Assembly (NCBI GenBank): GCA_963632255.1 | Contig: CAVGTC010000001.1 | Span: forward strand, 3,965-67,964 | DNA: 64,000 nucleotides | DNA from: Lachnospiraceae bacterium | Lineage (GTDB): Bacteria; Bacteroidota; Bacteroidia; Bacteroidales; Bacteroidaceae | Reading direction: 5' to 3' | Shown: positions 60,300-64,000 of the stretch, one piece after another | How positions within the stretch are numbered: position 1 is the stretch's first letter | Layout of the letters: each line of letters starts with the position of its first letter | Program-made: the position numbers and the translations under genes | The notes under the pieces: model-generated | Databases searched by the model: none | Told to the model about the DNA's origin: nothing | The model's input: only the letters and a program-made list of their open reading frames with translations

Positions 60300-60682
60300 C
60301 GCCGCAAAAGGGCAGGGGAAATTTTTTTGACACATTTCGGCGGACTTTTCCCAGCCAAATTGCGGACGGTTGCGGGAAACGTATGTGGGGTAGGGGGAGC
60401 CTGCGCGTAAAGCGTGCGTGGAAGCCCTTTCCCCTCCCAATCCGCGCCGCAGCCGTGGGGAGGGGTTCTGTACCAAAAACCGACAAAAATCGGTGTATGC
60501 GCAAAAAATACCCACGAAACGCCCAGCCTTTGCGGAAACCCATTATTTTTGCAACAATAATCGACCTTAAATCCACCCGCGACGCCATACACCGCACGGA
60601 GGAGACAGACGCGCGAAAGTAGTCTGCCGCCCGGCGAAAAACGCAGCGCGGTGCGAAAAACACTTCCCCTTTCTGAAAAACC

Positions 60683-63600
60683 ATGAGACAAAAGAGTAAT
60701 GCGCTTTACCTGCCCCTGCTGCTTCTTGCGGCCGCCGGGGCCGGCACGGGGCAGACCGCCCGCGCCGCGCAGCCCGCGCCTTTTTACATGCACGCCGTGC
60801 GGCACGCCGACGCGGTGCAGCAAGCGAAAAAAGTGACCGGGCGCGTCACCGACAAGCACGGCGAGCCGCTTGTGGGAGCCAGCGTGGCGGTGCGCGGCAC
60901 GAAAGTGATGACCGTCACCGACGCCGACGGACGTTACTCGCTCACACTCCCCGCCGGAAAGGACGAGATAACCGTCTCCTACATTGGCGCGAAGCCCCAG
61001 ACCGTCAAGGTGGGCGGACGCGCGTCCGTCGACGTGACGCTCGACACCGACGACAGCGAGCTGGGCGAGGTGGTGGTGACCGCGCTCGGCATAGAGCGCA
61101 AGCCCGACGAACTCACCTACGCCACGCAGAAGGTGAAGGGTGACGAACTCACCCGCGCCAAGGACGCCAACCTCATCAATTCCCTGCAGGGCAAGTCGGC
61201 CGGACTTGTCATCACTCCCAACGCCAGCGGCGCGGGCGGCTCTTCAAAGATACTGCTGCGCGGCAACGCATCCATAATGGGCGAAAACCAGCCCCTCATC
61301 GTGGTGGACGGCGTGCCCATGTCGAGCACGCTGCGCACCACGCAGATTACCGACGCGCTACTCTCCGGCGGCAACACCACCGACGGCGGCGACGCCCTCT
61401 CCAACATCAACCCTGACGACGTAGACAACATCACCATACTTAAGGGTGCCAACGCCGCCGCGCTGTACGGCTCGATGGCCGCCAACGGCGTGATAATGAT
61501 AACCACGAAGAAAGGGCAGGAAGGGCGCGTGCGGCTCAACGTGTCAAGCTCGCTGCTTGTGGAGACACCGCTCGTCACGCCGAAACTGCAAAACACCTAC
61601 GGCGCCGACGTGGAGGACTTTTCAAACTCGTGGTACGATCCCAACAATCCTTACACCGACCGCCGGCTTGGGCTCTACTCGTGGGGGCAGCCCATCGGGC
61701 GACTTTCCGACAACTCCCTCGCCTCTGTGCCCTACGCACGCAACTCGGCGCAGGACAACATAGGCAACTACCTGCAGACGGCCACCAACTTCAACAACAC
61801 CATCTCGGCCTCCTTCGGGTCGAAGCACGCCGCAAACTACGTGTCGTACAGCAACATGCACTCCAACGGCATGATGCCCGGCAACAAGTTCAACCGCCAC
61901 ATCCTCACCTTCCGGCAGAACACCAAACTCTTCAACGACCGCCTCGAGATTAGCCTCGCCGGAAACTACGTGCACCAGGACGCGAAAAACCGCCCGGGCT
62001 CCGGCATCTACGGCAATCCGCTATACGACCTCTACCTCATGCCGCGCAACGCTGACATACGCTACTTCAAAAACAACGGCGAGGCGTGGGGGCAGCTCTA
62101 TTACATCAACCCCACCAACAACGTCTATCCCAAGGCCGGTCCCAACAGCGACACGCAAGGCCCCATACAGACCTGGCCCTGGAGCAACGAGGAAAACCGC
62201 AATTCGCCCTACTGGTACCAAAACCGCCTGTTGCGCGACCAGGTGCGCGAGCGCTTCTACGGCACGCTCGGGCTGTCCGTGAAAATATGGGACGGACTCT
62301 CGGCGCAGGCGCACTTCAAAATTGACCGCACAAAGGACACCTACGAGAGCAAAACCTACCAGGGCACGCGTGCAAAGACCTACTACAACTCCATTTACGA
62401 GTATTCCAAGTCCGACCAGAACGAAATTTACGCCGACTTCCTCCTTTCGTACACCAAGAAGATACGCGCCGTTGACCTCACGGCCAACTTCGGCGGCAGC
62501 ACGTGGAAGTTCAACACCGACGAGGCGGGATGGAACTACTGGATGAACGACTCCACCAGCACGCCCAACGTCTTCGACCCCTCCAACCTCATCACCAGCA
62601 AGCGCGACGGAGCCAACGTGCCTGTCACGAAGACCGTCTCCGAGGACTGGAAAAACGCGCTTTACGGCACCGTGTCTCTTGGCTACAAGGGCTTCGCCTT
62701 TGTGGATGCCTCGTGGCGCGCCGACTGGGCACGCACGTACACGCAGTTTCATGACCTGGGCGGAAGCAAGAAGTATTTTATGTATTACAGCGCGGGTGGC
62801 AACGTTCTGCTCAATAAGCTGCTGCGCCTGCCCGAGGACTTCTTCATCAACCACTCCAAGCTGCGCGTCTCCTACTCGGAGGTGGGCAACGCCATGCCCA
62901 ACGTGGACATTTACAGTCTGAAAAAGAGCTTCTCCACGGGCGGGCTCACCGCCTCGCAGTACCGCCAGATGAAGCGCATCAAGCCCGAGCGCGTCCGCTC
63001 CACCGAGGTGGGCGTGGACCTGCGCATGCTGCAGGACCGCCTGACTTTCGACCTCACTTTCTACAATGCCCTGATGGTGGACCAGTGGCTGCCGCAGACC
63101 GCCGCGACGGGCGGCTCCATACCCGACATGTCCGGACGCATACGCAACCGCGGCGTGGAAACGACCATTGGCTACAACCTCAACGTGCCGGCCTGCCACT
63201 TCTCGTGGCGCACGTCGGTGAACTACTCATTCAACAAGAACAAAATTCTCAGCACGTACAACAACAACTCCACCTACAACACGAGCCTTGTATACCAGGG
63301 CGGGCTCTACGTGCGCTACGAGGTGGGCAAGCCCTACGGCGAGCTTTACGGCCGCGGCTACATGTACGGCGAGGACGGCAAGATAAAGCTCGACCCCAAC
63401 GGCGTGCCCATCAAGTCGTCCACCTACGACACTTACCTCGGCAATGCCAACTCGCCGCACCACCTCGGGTGGAGCAACACTTTCACTTGGAAGGACTTCT
63501 CGCTGTATCTTCTCGTCGACGGGAAGATTGGCGGCAACGTGGTTTCGTACACCGAGGCGCTGCTTGACGCCTACGGCGTGTCCGAGCGCACGGGAAAGGC

Positions 63601-64000
63601 GCGGCAGAGCGGCGTGACGTACACCAAGAAAAGCGTGGTGGGCGGCGTCGAGGTGATGCGCCCCGTGGCGGGGGTGCAGCTGCCCGACGGACAAGTGGTG
63701 CCCGCCGAGGACTACTACAAGGCGATGGGGCAGGGTGAGCCGCTGCTGGAAAACTACACCTACTCGGCCACCAACTTCCGCCTGCGCGAGGCCTCCCTTG
63801 GGTACACTTTCCGCAACCTCTTTGGCGAGCAGCGCGACCTGAGTGTGTCCTTCGTGGCGCGAAACCTCTTCTTCATCTACAAGAAGTCGCCCGTCGACCC
63901 CGACATCTCGGTATCCACCGCCAACTCGTACAGCGGGATTGACGCTTTCAGCATCCCCTCCACACGCAGCTACGGCATCACGCTCAAAGCCACATTCTGA
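60683..64000 (+). CDS. SusC/RagA family TonB-linked outer-membrane transporter
   Basis: CarboxypepD-like N-terminus, EVVVTALGI, PLIVVDGVP, LKGANAAALYGS.AANGVI.ITTKKG, C-terminal Phe; stop at 63998-64000. Confidence 0.95.
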   Translation: MRQKSNALYLPLLLLAAAGAGTGQTARAAQPAPFYMHAVRHADAVQQAKKVTGRVTDKHGEPLVGASVAVRGTKVMTVTDADGRYSLTLPAGKDEITVSYIGAKPQTVKVGGRASVDVTLDTDDSELGEVVVTALGIERKPDELTYATQKVKGDELTRAKDANLINSLQGKSAGLVITPNASGAGGSSKILLRGNASIMGENQPLIVVDGVPMSSTLRTTQITDALLSGGNTTDGGDALSNINPDDVDNITILKGANAAALYGSMAANGVIMITTKKGQEGRVRLNVSSSLLVETPLVTPKLQNTYGADVEDFSNSWYDPNNPYTDRRLGLYSWGQPIGRLSDNSLASVPYARNSAQDNIGNYLQTATNFNNTISASFGSKHAANYVSYSNMHSNGMMPGNKFNRHILTFRQNTKLFNDRLEISLAGNYVHQDAKNRPGSGIYGNPLYDLYLMPRNADIRYFKNNGEAWGQLYYINPTNNVYPKAGPNSDTQGPIQTWPWSNEENRNSPYWYQNRLLRDQVRERFYGTLGLSVKIWDGLSAQAHFKIDRTKDTYESKTYQGTRAKTYYNSIYEYSKSDQNEIYADFLLSYTKKIRAVDLTANFGGSTWKFNTDEAGWNYWMNDSTSTPNVFDPSNLITSKRDGANVPVTKTVSEDWKNALYGTVSLGYKGFAFVDASWRADWARTYTQFHDLGGSKKYFMYYSAGGNVLLNKLLRLPEDFFINHSKLRVSYSEVGNAMPNVDIYSLKKSFSTGGLTASQYRQMKRIKPERVRSTEVGVDLRMLQDRLTFDLTFYNALMVDQWLPQTAATGGSIPDMSGRIRNRGVETTIGYNLNVPACHFSWRTSVNYSFNKNKILSTYNNNSTYNTSLVYQGGLYVRYEVGKPYGELYGRGYMYGEDGKIKLDPNGVPIKSSTYDTYLGNANSPHHLGWSNTFTWKDFSLYLLVDGKIGGNVVSYTEALLDAYGVSERTGKARQSGVTYTKKSVVGGVEVMRPVAGVQLPDGQVVPAEDYYKAMGQGEPLLENYTYSATNFRLREASLGYTFRNLFGEQRDLSVSFVARNLFFIYKKSPVDPDISVSTANSYSGIDAFSIPSTRSYGITLKATF

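Overview
High-GC Bacteroidales (Prevotellaceae-like, inferred from TTTG-N19/20-TAnnTTTG promoters, a SusC gene and gene content) chromosomal window. It is mostly housekeeping: coaD, folD, ffh, hemD, metK with a SAM-II-like riboswitch, lgt, ychF, pnp, folA, hisS, purA, manA, rnpA, yidD and five tRNA genes, three of them an exact tandem tRNA-Asn array. It also holds a copper-type TBDR/P1B-ATPase/HMA operon, a GH95, a SusC and a five-gene locus of nucleases, lipoproteins and a TonB-dependent receptor that looks like a DNA-utilisation system. The main unexplained signal is non-coding: a dispersed element present four times (about 10.3, 31.0, 49.0 and 60.2 kb, both orientations, unrelated neighbours). 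Each copy carries a canonical promoter firing into a GNRA-capped hairpin plus U-tract, followed by 43-bp tandem units. Other unexplained signals are a recurring GGTGGG-N11-CCCACC palindrome, two promoter/terminator-bounded sRNA candidates, a 33-bp repeat array fused to an AAA-ATPase remnant, and a DUF805 gene frameshifted in a G tract. All product calls are from motif recognition by eye; no database searches were run.
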